A stretch of 64,000 bases of DNA, taken from a virus (taxonomy: Duplodnaviria; Caudoviricetes). Where the stretch lies: IMG/VR virus record IMGVR_UViG_3300036770_005357. One strand, given 5' to 3'. Positions 21,122 through 31,139 of this stretch are shown one piece after another. Under the pieces are notes generated by a model. That model saw only the letters and a list, made by a program, of their open reading frames with translations. It was not told the DNA's origin and did no database searches. Position 1 is the stretch's first letter. Each line of letters begins with the position of its first letter. Both the position numbers and the translations under genes were made by a program.

Positions 21122-22354
21122 TTATGTTAGTTCTCTAACTATCAAAGATGGATATACCGTGTAAGTATTATCTATGGTTTTTATACCAACCGCTAATATA
21201 TCACTCGTATTATCTATTTTTCTACCCAAACCATAATATGGATCCAATACAATCATTTGTGCTACACTGTTAGCTGCTGTACCCGCAAAATATCCAGTAG
21301 CTATTACTGTGCCGGGATTCGTTATAACATTACCGGCTGCAACCACACCAACTTGCGTAACCACAGATCCACTTGCATTATTGTATGTTACATCATTTGT
21401 TACAGTCGGATTTACTAACAATTCCCATCTACCAGCAAAAGTACTACTGTTACCAGGCTTTATCAACAAATCCAATTGTTCAGGTATAATTTGAGCACAC
21501 TTGGATGTACTACTATTATATCTTAAAAATAATATTGCATCATATTCCGATGCACCAATTGTAGCACCGTTGTTACTAGTAACTACAACTCTTTTACCTG
21601 TATTATCAAAACCACCTTCACTTATAACAGTACTACAAACTTGCGTCATCAAACTACCGGTTGTAGTATTTTTGTGGGTACTCATTTCATATCTTACAGG
21701 CAAATTAGGATTTCTCAAGTAAACGGTTTCTAAACTATTGTAATTTGTTATTTCATGTACATATATCAACGCACCTTTTTGTACAACACCATATCTTATT
21801 CTACCTATACCCAACCATTCATAGTCCATCATGAAAATTTGTGCTTTATTTGTATCCAATATATTTGCACTAGGACCGCTGCCATTCATTTTATCTAAAT
21901 TCCAATTACTTTGACTTATGAATGTATCTGTTCTTACACCATTGATAGTTTTTCTAAGCACCACACCAAAACTACTACCACTCATTTGGAAAAAGTATCC
22001 GTTATCATCATCAAAACTACCAAAACTTTTCTTTATACCATCTACTCTGTTACCGAATTTGCCTGTACAAATAATTTGTTGAGATTTTCCCGGTTGATAT
22101 ACAAATATTCTTTTAGTTTGTTTTATTGCTCTACTACCACTTGTTGAAGTTACTTTGAATGTACTATCAGCACTACCACTATTCCATGTCACGGTAGCGC
22201 CTGTTGTAGTTTTGATATCAAAGTAGAAGCTACCACTGTCTACTACTTGTTTACTATCAAACAGAGTAGTTGGTTGACTTACACGCCATTTACCGAATGC
22301 GTCTATACTTGGACTATCGGCTGCTAATATTCTTGTTTTTTCAAAGTATGACAT
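21122..22354 (-). CDS. Putative virion structural protein
   Basis: 410-aa ORF with an N-terminal DAFGKWRVSQPTTLFDSK motif recalled from large myovirus structural proteins; structural-module context. Confidence 0.6.
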   Translation of the reverse strand: MSYFEKTRILAADSPSIDAFGKWRVSQPTTLFDSKQVVDSGSFYFDIKTTTGATVTWNSGSADSTFKVTSTSGSRAIKQTKRIFVYQPGKSQQIICTGKFGNRVDGIKKSFGSFDDDNGYFFQMSGSSFGVVLRKTINGVRTDTFISQSNWNLDKMNGSGPSANILDTNKAQIFMMDYEWLGIGRIRYGVVQKGALIYVHEITNYNSLETVYLRNPNLPVRYEMSTHKNTTTGSLMTQVCSTVISEGGFDNTGKRVVVTSNNGATIGASEYDAILFLRYNSSTSKCAQIIPEQLDLLIKPGNSSTFAGRWELLVNPTVTNDVTYNNASGSVVTQVGVVAAGNVITNPGTVIATGYFAGTAANSVAQMIVLDPYYGLGRKIDNTSDILAVGIKTIDNTYTVYPSLIVRELT

Positions 22355-22357
22355 AAA

Positions 22358-23542
22358 TTATAATATCCAATATTGGTTTGTTCCATCACTTTGCACCATC
22401 ATATTTGTTCCTCTGTGACTAATACTTTGCGTCACATCATAATCTATATATGAAGCATTTGCTACAGTTACATGTACATCGTGACCAGTCTTATCTATTT
22501 TCTTTATATTATATATGTTTGTATTACCCACCGGATTTGGTAATACTACATTAAACGATCCGCTTGTAGCATCACATAATATCGTATAATCAGTGGTTCT
22601 TACAACTGTATAATTGTTATAAATTCTTCTTACGGGATAAGTTACACCGCTTACTTGTATATAACTACTTGTTGCTGTATAAAGTGCCCAACTACTTGTT
22701 ATGGGGTATGTGCTACCGGTTTGCAATAACGAACCACTTCTTATTTTCAAACCACTTCTACTTGCAATTGCCCATCCACTTTCACTTACGGGAAAAGTGA
22801 GCGTCACAACATTATTATTATTTAATTTTATGTTTGATGGTACAATTTGATTGTTACCATAATCGTATGCTTGTACTAGTACAGGCAAATCATCCAAATT
22901 ATGTGTAAATACCCAAGTACTACTACTAACAAATTGTTGTGCTACTGTATCGCCTGTTAAATCACATGTACATGGCGCCCAACTAGCACTTAGTGCCCAA
23001 CTACTTGTTATAGGATAGGTACTACCTGTACCTAGATAAAAACTTTGTGTTAATCTTTGTGTGACGCTATTTAAACCTCCCAACGAAGCTACTGCTGTAC
23101 CACAAGTGTCACGACTAAAAGCAATTATTGCTGTATTTTCATCGTATAAATTTATTACTTCAGGTATTAACTGATTGTTATACTCATCATATGTTTGTAT
23201 AACAACATATTGATTTCCCAGATTATGATTGAATGTCCAAATACTACTGCTACAAAATGAACCGGTTACACTTGAACCCACTGGACAGTTACAATTGAGT
23301 GCGTAACTAGCTGTTAGTGCCCAACTGCTTGTTATTGGGTAAGTGCTACCTGTATTTAGTGTAGTACCGCCTGAACCTGAAGGACAGTTACAATTGAGTG
23401 CGTAACTTGCTGTAACATTTAGAAATTGAACTTGACTACCGGTGCCGTCTAATACTATGCCACTATCATAGTATTGAAGTAACTTATTATAACTCTCACA
23501 TATTTTTTGTGAATTGAGGTTTTGTGATGGAAAAACCGGCAT
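22358..23542 (-). CDS. Putative virion/fibre-associated protein with repeated GSTYPITSSWA motifs
   Basis: 394-aa ORF with three GSTYPITSSWAL motifs and duplicated WxFxHNL domains. Confidence 0.65.
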   Translation of the reverse strand: MPVFPSQNLNSQKICESYNKLLQYYDSGIVLDGTGSQVQFLNVTASYALNCNCPSGSGGTTLNTGSTYPITSSWALTASYALNCNCPVGSSVTGSFCSSSIWTFNHNLGNQYVVIQTYDEYNNQLIPEVINLYDENTAIIAFSRDTCGTAVASLGGLNSVTQRLTQSFYLGTGSTYPITSSWALSASWAPCTCDLTGDTVAQQFVSSSTWVFTHNLDDLPVLVQAYDYGNNQIVPSNIKLNNNNVVTLTFPVSESGWAIASRSGLKIRSGSLLQTGSTYPITSSWALYTATSSYIQVSGVTYPVRRIYNNYTVVRTTDYTILCDATSGSFNVVLPNPVGNTNIYNIKKIDKTGHDVHVTVANASYIDYDVTQSISHRGTNMMVQSDGTNQYWIL

Positions 23543-23557
23543 ATCATATTATATTAA

Positions 23558-24085
23558 TTATAAACCTCTTTTAAGAATATTTTTGATAAGTTCTTTCTTT
23601 TCAGCTTTTGTTAACTTACTATTTTCACTTATCTTCTTTATTTCTTCATTAATATAACCAAGCACTATTTCCTTATCACTCAACACCTTTTCTTGTTTCT
23701 TCTTTGGTTCTTCTACAACCACTTTCTTTTTATCTTCTTTAACCTTGATTTCAATAAGTGGCTTTTGTTTGACGCTCTTAACTTCTTTGATTTCTACTTT
23801 ATTATATGTTTCAAATTCCACTTCACTTTCCCATGGCGTAATCAATTGATTTTCAACGATTACTTCCAATTTGATTTTGGCACTATCTTTTTCGGTGAAG
23901 TATTTCTTTAAACTTTTGATGGGTACACTGATACTATCTTTATCTATTTCTCCGTAGAAGACGAGGTTTACATCGTCACTTTCAATGATTAATCTTGCAC
24001 TACTATTTTTATATGAAGCGTTTTTGATACTTGCTTCACAGAGGAAAGTTTCTTCTTTGTCTAAGTATATGGTATAGGCACTCAT
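23558..24085 (-). CDS. Hypothetical protein
   Basis: 175-aa ORF with TATTTATA motif upstream. Confidence 0.7.
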   Translation of the reverse strand: MSAYTIYLDKEETFLCEASIKNASYKNSSARLIIESDDVNLVFYGEIDKDSISVPIKSLKKYFTEKDSAKIKLEVIVENQLITPWESEVEFETYNKVEIKEVKSVKQKPLIEIKVKEDKKKVVVEEPKKKQEKVLSDKEIVLGYINEEIKKISENSKLTKAEKKELIKNILKRGL

Positions 24086-24140
24086 TTTAATAAATTATAA
24101 ATATAAATATATAAAAGATACTGTATTTGATTACTTAATT

Positions 24141-25013
24141 TTACTTAATTAAAGTCCAACCTTTATGAGATTTTATATGTCCTTTCTTTAAATTAGATAC
24201 TCCAGATCTAGACAATTTAAATTCAGTATAAAATTCATAAGCTGTACAAATTCGTGTTATATTTAAATTTGAGTTATAAAACTTGTAAATTGTTTTATCA
24301 TACGATGCATTATTTTCTCCCATATATAAACCAATTCTACTATCACTTAATTTTTTCCTAATTTCATTTGAATACTTTTTTCCTTTATTTGCAAGTCCTA
24401 TTTTCCGTTTATGATCTTCGCTTAGTTTTTTTCCTTTATTAAAAATATGTAGTTTTAATTTAGCAGCAGCTGTTAGTTTTATTCCTTTATGAACTTCTGA
24501 TAACTTTAATCTTATTTCTTCAGTTACTTTTCGGCCCGTATTTGCTTTACTAATTTTTTGTTTACTATACTCACTTAATTCACCACCTCGAGCGTCATAA
24601 TTGAGATTGTAACTCATTTTAGATTCAACCTTAACTATATCTAAGTATTTTTGTTCTACCAATAATAATTCTTCGCTTTTGACAAGTTCTATTATTTGAA
24701 ACTCAAAATTAGATTCGCCGTGTTTATTCCAAGCATTTTGTAAAAAATCATTGGGATGTTTATTTAATCGTAATACTCTTCTATGTTCATCCCATCTTTT
24801 TTGAATATTTTTAGAACTGCCTACATAATATTTTCCATCTATTTTATTAATTATCCTGTAAATCCCGCTTTTTATCGTAGTATCGTTCAAGATTTTTTCG
24901 CTTAATGTCTGTTCTGTTTCTAAGATAGTATCGCATTTGTCGTTCTCTTCTTTCTGCGATAAGTTCTTCAATTGGCCTGTTAAGTTTTTTTCTTCCCATA
25001 AATTATTATTCAT
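24141..25013 (-). mobile_element. Free-standing GIY-YIG homing endonuclease with NUMOD3-like repeats
   Basis: SGIYRIINKIDGKYYVGSS...RWDEH catalytic motifs followed by basic HKGIKL/NKGKKLSEDHKRKI repeats. Confidence 0.9.
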
Positions 25014-25055
25014 ACTTTATAAATATAAAATGTAGAATAAAAAGTAGAAAAAATA

Positions 25056-25451
25056 TTAAGAAAGCAAGTTATTTAAATCGTTGTCACTATATCGTTTTAT
25101 GTTTTTAACATCTATACCTGCTTCTGACATCGTGTTAATAATAAACTTCACATCTTCAACTTTAACAAAAATATTTTTAGCTGGTAATTCAATTTTTTTC
25201 TTGTACTTTTTATTTGCACACTTTACATATATGTCTATTAAAATAGACCTTATTTCTTGATTTTTTTTCTGAAAGTCTAGCAGAGCCTTTTGTTGATCCA
25301 AGTAATCCCCATAATTTCCATCTCCCCATTCCTGTGGATTGCGAGCACCACCAAATACTTCTTCTATAACAGCACCTATACACTCTGACCACTTATTGCA
25401 TGTAGTGCCCCAAGTTTCACAGACATCACCAAATGTACCTGTAACACTCAT
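25056..25451 (-). CDS. Hypothetical protein
   Basis: 131-aa ORF whose start overlaps the upstream LamG stop (ATGA). Confidence 0.65.
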   Translation of the reverse strand: MSVTGTFGDVCETWGTTCNKWSECIGAVIEEVFGGARNPQEWGDGNYGDYLDQQKALLDFQKKNQEIRSILIDIYVKCANKKYKKKIELPAKNIFVKVEDVKFIINTMSEAGIDVKNIKRYSDNDLNNLLS

Positions 25452-26650
25452 ATTCCAAATCTTGTTCTCGTAGCATTAAAGTTTTGAAGCACTTCACTGG
25501 CAGATAATGCACGGTTGTATAGTTGAAAATTAGCTATATTACCACTATGATAATATGGACCTGGATTTGCAGAACCATCTATATTTGAACCTAAGCTAAA
25601 TTTAGGACTAGATGCTACTGCTCCAGTACTTTGTGACGCTGTATTTTTTAATACTCCATTTATATAAATTTTAACATTAGTACCATCAGCGGTTACCCCA
25701 ATATGATACCAAGTGTTTGTTGAAGGTACAATCCCAGAACTCACTCTTCCATAACCACTTCCAAATTCAAATACAAGTTCATCTGATACTACATTGAATC
25801 CATAAGCAAGTAATGCTAAACCGCCCGTCGGACCACCAATATCTCTGCCTATACATAACAAAAATCTATCTGAAGTTGGATCTGAAAAAGTAGCCCATAC
25901 AACAAATGAAAGAGTTGTGGTAGGAGGATTTGGTATTGAAGAATTTATAACATAATCATCTACACCATCAAATGTAATAACGCCAAGATTACTGGAACCG
26001 AATACAGGAGCATTAGTGAATGTTCCATTATTATTATTTCCACTTAAATCACGAAATGTTAGATTTTTTGTTCCATTAGTCGCTCCAACTGAAGCTACAT
26101 AATCCCCAGCAACCGTACCAAGAACAACTTGAGGACCCCATATGTAATATGTACAATTTCCAGTTGTATTTCTAAATTGCATTCCACGACTAGTATCACT
26201 AACAGAAGAAATATAATATGTATACCTCGTCCAAGTGGTTGTCAATGTTTGACTATAAGTCATATGACTATCATTTAAACCAAAATCTATAGTTTCACCA
26301 CCACTAGCACCTCTAGCGTATACCGTAACCGTATAACCTTTGCCTGATGATAAAATAACAGAAGGATATACCGAATATAACAACCCCCAAGCTTCAGTAT
26401 TATTGCAGGTTACATTGGATCCTCTTACTACTTTTATAGCTGTATTTGTACCTAATGGATCCGTTACATCTGTTGTATTATAAGTTATATTACTTGTTGG
26501 ACCACAATATCCACTCCAATTAGTGGTTAAAGTGTTTGTATAAGTCAATAAATTAGTAACAGGTTGTCCTGTACAACTTTTTCTATTAGCAGCATCTAGA
26601 TACAGTACTAAACCATTTCTTACAATATTTGGACCACGAATAAAAGCCAT
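25448..26650 (-). CDS. LamG domain virion protein with inserted carbohydrate-binding-like domain
   Basis: GPNIVRNGLVLYLDAAN...FDGVDDY...YNRALSASEVLQNFNA; about 150 aa inserted relative to the paralogues. Confidence 0.8.
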   Translation of the reverse strand: MAFIRGPNIVRNGLVLYLDAANRKSCTGQPVTNLLTYTNTLTTNWSGYCGPTSNITYNTTDVTDPLGTNTAIKVVRGSNVTCNNTEAWGLLYSVYPSVILSSGKGYTVTVYARGASGGETIDFGLNDSHMTYSQTLTTTWTRYTYYISSVSDTSRGMQFRNTTGNCTYYIWGPQVVLGTVAGDYVASVGATNGTKNLTFRDLSGNNNNGTFTNAPVFGSSNLGVITFDGVDDYVINSSIPNPPTTTLSFVVWATFSDPTSDRFLLCIGRDIGGPTGGLALLAYGFNVVSDELVFEFGSGYGRVSSGIVPSTNTWYHIGVTADGTNVKIYINGVLKNTASQSTGAVASSPKFSLGSNIDGSANPGPYYHSGNIANFQLYNRALSASEVLQNFNATRTRFGI

Positions 26651-26661
26651 ATATCTAATAA

Positions 26662-27357
26662 CTATATACCAAATCTGCCTCTCGTAGCATTAAAGTTTTG
26701 AAGTACTTCGGTAGCACTTAAACCCCTATTATATAATTTAACATTTGCTATATATCCATTATGATATGTATGAAACCCAGCATAGCCAATTGTAACATTT
26801 TCATTAGACCATGCCCACGGCCCCCCCGCAGTTGCAGTTCCTATTGAAACTGCATTCAAATATAAAACATGTGCGTCACCAGAAGTAGTAGCTACTACAT
26901 GATACCATGTATTTAAACTTAATTGGGTAGTAGTAACATAAATACCAGGATCAGATCCTCCATATCTTTGCCATAAAAGATATCTATTAGGACCATAATA
27001 CCAAAGTCCAAATGTTCTATTATTAGCACCACCACTACTTGATCCAGTTCCAACAATTCTTACCCAATCGCTTGGAGATGAAGATATATAAAACCAAGAT
27101 TCAACCGTAATATTTGTTGTTAATTGTATGGAAGATCCTTGACCACAATTTACATAATCATTTGTACCGTCAAAAACAATAGTGCCACGACCGTTATTAC
27201 TAAAACCGGGACTATTGATTAATGTACTCGTATTACCATTATTACTTAAATCTCGCCAAGAATTACTACCACTAACATAACTTTTTCTATTAGCAGCATC
27301 TAGGTAAAGTGCCAGACCACTTGTTACGATTGATGGATTGCCTGCTATACCAGCCAT
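26662..27357 (-). CDS. LamG domain virion protein
   Basis: Same LamG signature; 231 aa. Confidence 0.82.
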   Translation of the reverse strand: MAGIAGNPSIVTSGLALYLDAANRKSYVSGSNSWRDLSNNGNTSTLINSPGFSNNGRGTIVFDGTNDYVNCGQGSSIQLTTNITVESWFYISSSPSDWVRIVGTGSSSGGANNRTFGLWYYGPNRYLLWQRYGGSDPGIYVTTTQLSLNTWYHVVATTSGDAHVLYLNAVSIGTATAGGPWAWSNENVTIGYAGFHTYHNGYIANVKLYNRGLSATEVLQNFNATRGRFGI

Positions 27358-27362
27358 AAATA

Positions 27363-27650
27363 TTAAATTGGCATAAAGCTACCTGTATTTGTCCATTCAG
27401 GTGTGCTTAATATGGTTAATATTTCTTCGTATGTATATGGACCTTCTTTTGTGGATAAACTACTTGTGAAATATGGAGCAACACCATCCCATTTGACGAA
27501 GGTTTTTGTGCCGTCAATACTTTTTCTTACAGTGTCTTCACTTGTTTCACATACTTTCGTAAAATCTACGAGATTAAGTTCACTTACATTAAATATAAGA
27601 AAACTTCTATCTTCGTACGGCGGTAAATTTGATGTTAGTTCTTCACTCAT
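27363..27650 (-). CDS. Hypothetical protein
   Basis: 95-aa ORF tightly packed in the operon. Confidence 0.7.
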   Translation of the reverse strand: MSEELTSNLPPYEDRSFLIFNVSELNLVDFTKVCETSEDTVRKSIDGTKTFVKWDGVAPYFTSSLSTKEGPYTYEEILTILSTPEWTNTGSFMPI

Positions 27651-27664
27651 ATGTTTGTATATAA

Positions 27665-28393
27665 CTATAATCCAAATCGTGTCTTAACTGCATTAAAATT
27701 TTGAAGCACTTCACTAGCAGATAAAGTTCTGTCATATATTAATGTTTGAGCAACTCTTCCTGTAAAAGCTCTCTCTACACCCCCTAAACTAAATCCTTTA
27801 CCTATAGTAATATTATTCATTACCGCTATAAATCCAGTTGGACTGCCATATGAACCTCTTGATAATCCCGTTGAATTTCCGTTATAAAAAGTTGTTGAAG
27901 TATTTGAACTACCATTATATGTAATTCCAGCACAGTGCCAAGTATTTGCCGTTAATCCAGATTGAACAACTGCTTGTGTATAAAATGCATCATTATTATT
28001 AGTGATGTTTGAATAAACCCATGTAAGATTTCCAGCATCATTCATTTCTAATCTCGGACCTATATTTCCTGTAGTTCCATTATACCCATAATTACAATCT
28101 ATTGGATTTTCATAATTACTAACCGATGTTGGATAAAACCAAACAATTACAGAAAATGAAGCAAAAGAACCTACTAATGCTCCAGACGATGCATAATCAT
28201 CGCTGCCATCAAAAACAATACTTCCTCCATTAGAACTGTTAAATGTTGTAGCTCCAAAATTGTATAATGTACTATTATAACTAGTATTAGCTAAATTTAA
28301 CCAACTATTACCACTGCCTTTATAACTTTTTTTATTAGCGGCATCTAGATAAAGTACCAGACCACTTCTAACAATTTGCGGTCCAAAATTCAT
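27665..28393 (-). CDS. LamG domain virion protein
   Basis: Same LamG signature; 242 aa. Confidence 0.82.
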   Translation of the reverse strand: MNFGPQIVRSGLVLYLDAANKKSYKGSGNSWLNLANTSYNSTLYNFGATTFNSSNGGSIVFDGSDDYASSGALVGSFASFSVIVWFYPTSVSNYENPIDCNYGYNGTTGNIGPRLEMNDAGNLTWVYSNITNNNDAFYTQAVVQSGLTANTWHCAGITYNGSSNTSTTFYNGNSTGLSRGSYGSPTGFIAVMNNITIGKGFSLGGVERAFTGRVAQTLIYDRTLSASEVLQNFNAVKTRFGL

Positions 28394-28406
28394 AACAAAC
28401 TACAAA

Positions 28407-28763
28407 TTAACCCAATGAACCTGTTGTTGCCCAAGGTAATGGCAATTGTACAACAGGCGGATTAATCAAATTATCAATTTGTGTTTGTACAGCACTTTCA
28501 TATGCCAACTTTTGTTCCTCACCCATTGATGTCCATACCCATCCCAATACTTCAGCTTCAGTCAATTGTTCATATGGTATAAATGCTGATCCTGAATGAA
28601 TACTCACACCATTACATCCATATACTCTACCATTATAAGTGCTTCCACTATACTCTTGACTGCCTAAACAATCCCAGTGTACATTGAATACTACATCAAT
28701 ATAATTGTCATACTTTGGATAAGAATCCATACATCCTACACGCCATGTAATTGTTGCACTCAT
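28407..28763 (-). CDS. Hypothetical protein (fibre-associated)
   Basis: 118-aa ORF with TATTTATA motif upstream. Confidence 0.7.
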   Translation of the reverse strand: MSATITWRVGCMDSYPKYDNYIDVVFNVHWDCLGSQEYSGSTYNGRVYGCNGVSIHSGSAFIPYEQLTEAEVLGWVWTSMGEEQKLAYESAVQTQIDNLINPPVVQLPLPWATTGSLG

Positions 28764-28781
28764 AATAATTTATATAATCCT

Positions 28782-29369
28782 TTATTTATAAATATACTTT
28801 TTAAGTATTTCCTTCAATTTTATTTCTTTAAGATTGTCACCCTCAAACTTTCTAGGTGTACTCAAATCAACCAACTTATATTTAATCGGTAAATCTTTTA
28901 TAGTTCTATATGTAGCCAATATGTTTTTGCTGCTGTCATCCACAAAGAATATATCATTATATCCTTCATTGTTTATCTTGTTCAATATCCAATTCGCTTT
29001 AGCCTGTGGATTGCCATCTCCTAAAGCTACTACATCTATATCCACATTAAAGTACTTCTTTATAATTTCTTTTATGTGAGGTATTGCTTCAGTGCCTCTA
29101 GCAGTCAATATCACATAAGATCTATTATCAGTACCAGCAGAAACAATCTTATAAAACCGTTTAGCTACAGGTCTTATCAATGTTGGATTTATTACTTTAG
29201 CAAATTGACTAAAATCAAAACGATCACCCGGCAGTGGTTCATACAAAGCATATTCAGCAGGTGTCATCTCTACCGTTTCACCACTTGATTTAGTTAATAT
29301 AACTTTACCTTCGGTTTCAAAAATTGTATCATCAAAGTCAAAAATGCGAAGCTTCTTTATCATATACAA
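28782..29369 (-). CDS. HAD-superfamily phosphatase (phage RNA-repair/PNKP-phosphatase-like)
   Basis: HAD motifs: I (RIFDFDDT), II (ILTAR), III (K in PQAKA), IV (FVDDSSKN). Confidence 0.8.
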   Translation of the reverse strand: MYMIKKLRIFDFDDTIFETEGKVILTKSSGETVEMTPAEYALYEPLPGDRFDFSQFAKVINPTLIRPVAKRFYKIVSAGTDNRSYVILTARGTEAIPHIKEIIKKYFNVDIDVVALGDGNPQAKANWILNKINNEGYNDIFFVDDSSKNILATYRTIKDLPIKYKLVDLSTPRKFEGDNLKEIKLKEILKKYIYK

Positions 29370-29548
29370 TAAGTATCATCAAATTTACTCTCAACTTGTG
29401 GCTTATAATCTTTGACTCGTTCCATGACAACATCTCGTTCACCGTTTGTATAAAACATCCAGTCTCGTATTTCTTCCCAACTACGACCACAACCAATACA
29501 GATTTGTTCGTTATCTAATTTGCAAATTCTTTTGCACGGACTCTTCAT
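29360..29548 (-). CDS. DUF1289-family small Cys-rich protein
   Basis: SPCKRICKLD..ICIGCGRSWEEIRDW signature. Confidence 0.85.
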   Translation of the reverse strand: MKSPCKRICKLDNEQICIGCGRSWEEIRDWMFYTNGERDVVMERVKDYKPQVESKFDDTYCI

Positions 29549-29674
29549 TATCTGTATTATATGTTATTTTCTTTATTAATTCTTTTGATAGTTGTACTAC
29601 CCTAAATAGTGATACTACACACACACCTAGTGATAATATATTTATTAGTGTTGATCCATCATTCATATTCATAT

Positions 29675-29887
29675 TCATATTATTATTTTCTTACATTGTT
29701 CATATAGTATACCAACATAAAACTTAATAAATCTTATGTTGTCATTAAATGTCAAAAATATTATGGAAATGTAAAAAGACATTTCAAACATTATTTTCGT
29801 CGTATCCTTAATCGTTAAAAGAACTTCCTTAAATTCTTTAAGAATTTCATTCAACTTTCTCAAATATTTTATTATTTCATCAGACAT
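29675..29887 (-). CDS. Hypothetical protein
   Basis: Short ORF; likely start at MSDEII. Confidence 0.35.
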   Translation of the reverse strand: MSDEIIKYLRKLNEILKEFKEVLLTIKDTTKIMFEMSFYISIIFLTFNDNIRFIKFYVGILYEQCKKIII

Positions 29888-29960
29888 TAAATGATAAAAA
29901 CCTACCAGCATTCGCCAGTAGGTTTTCGTTAAAAGTTATTCATTGTTAACTAAAACAATA

Positions 29961-30425
29961 TTACTTTTTCTTTAACTTCTTACCCTTCTCCAAAGCAGCA
30001 CCAATTGCTTTGCGTCTCTTCATCAAATACTTATCAGTACCATCCGTCTTACCATCATTGTTTACATCACTGTCTTCCTTACCAACCGGATCCATACCTT
30101 CTTCGTAACATTCTTCACAATCCAATTCAGCTAACATCTCTTCAATACTACTTTCTTCAAGAGTTTGACCAATACGATTCTTTAACATCTTACCAATTCT
30201 ACCAAATAAAGCAGCGTCACCTTTGTCACCTTTTGAAGCATTCTTCTTTTCGTGTTTATCAATTTGATGTACTAAATTCTTGGTTACCTTCGTTTCAGGT
30301 TCCTTTGGTTCAACCTTCTTAGGTTCTTCCTTCTTTTCACCCTTTTTAGCTTCTTCGTATGTGTCTTCAGCTACAACTTCTGAAAAAGCTTCACGAATTA
30401 GTTTCTTTAAATCTTCTTTGGTCAT
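29961..30425 (-). CDS. Acidic/basic phage protein with EF-hand/dockerin-like loop
   Basis: Likely start MTKEDLKK (30425); DPVGKEDSDVNNDGKTDGTDKYL Ca-loop-like motif. Confidence 0.65.
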   Translation of the reverse strand: MTKEDLKKLIREAFSEVVAEDTYEEAKKGEKKEEPKKVEPKEPETKVTKNLVHQIDKHEKKNASKGDKGDAALFGRIGKMLKNRIGQTLEESSIEEMLAELDCEECYEEGMDPVGKEDSDVNNDGKTDGTDKYLMKRRKAIGAALEKGKKLKKK

Positions 30426-30462
30426 ATTTGATATTCTCCTTATTATAATACTAATAAATATA

Positions 30463-30780
30463 TCAATAGGGAATAACAATGCCCTTTTTTACAAGTTTCT
30501 CATACCACTCCCTACCCTCCCTAGTAAACCGCCCATCCCACAATAATTCATACTTGCTCTGTAACTCCTCTACCATTGCAGTACCATAACCCTTATGCCT
30601 ATAATCATGCTTTATAAAGATAAACTCTATATAAACTTGCATGTCCAAAAAGTACTCCTTATAGTACTTACAATATCCAACAAATTTATCGTCACCCAAT
30701 AGATTGTCGTAAATGTTACAACAATAATCATATTGAATATCACTAGAGCCAATAAACTTATGCTCAAATGTCAACAACAT
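30463..30780 (-). CDS. Small GNAT-family acetyltransferase
   Basis: Acetyl-CoA-binding motif IFIKHDYRHKGYGT. Confidence 0.7.
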   Translation of the reverse strand: MLLTFEHKFIGSSDIQYDYCCNIYDNLLGDDKFVGYCKYYKEYFLDMQVYIEFIFIKHDYRHKGYGTAMVEELQSKYELLWDGRFTREGREWYEKLVKKGIVIPY

Positions 30781-30817
30781 ATTTTAACCCGTCAATAGGT
30801 TAAATATAAATATCTAC

Positions 30818-31024
30818 TTATCCACTAATTACACTCTTACCACCATAATCACCCAACTCACTCAAATCACCCTTCACCTTAAGTACCCCACCACCAACCA
30901 TCTGTAACTTGCTATATCCATCCTCCTTAAACGGAAACGCCCATATAACATTATCCACATTAACCATAATGGGTCCACTGCTACTATCATTGTTGATAAT
31001 CTCAAATTTTACAAAATGTGCCAT
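30818..31024 (-). CDS. Hypothetical protein
   Basis: 68-aa ORF. Confidence 0.6.
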   Translation of the reverse strand: MAHFVKFEIINNDSSSGPIMVNVDNVIWAFPFKEDGYSKLQMVGGGVLKVKGDLSELGDYGGKSVISG

Positions 31025-31051
31025 AACTTATTTGTCTTTCTATATAAAAAT

Positions 31052-31130
31052 TGGAGCGGTGTCTCGGACTTATTTATTCACCGGCCTTCTCACAGGAATG
31101 TAAGCGTGCTCCTCATGACACTAACACCGC
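31052..31130 (-). tRNA. Degenerate tRNA-Gly(TCC)-like gene
   Basis: Acceptor GCGGTGT/ACACCGC + TCCA; D-arm identical to its neighbour; anticodon loop 6 nt (ATTCCT); T-loop expanded to 13 nt. Confidence 0.55.
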
Positions 31131-31139
31131 ATCAAAATC

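Noticed and set aside
24141-25013. Group I intron around the GIY-YIG gene
   Set aside because: Flanking genes are complete, spacers are short and AT-rich, and no P7/catalytic core is visible; the gene is free-standing.
10949-28393. Diversity-generating retroelement targeting the lectin or fibre genes
   Set aside because: No reverse transcriptase and no template/variable repeat pair with adenine-specific mismatches seen in this window.
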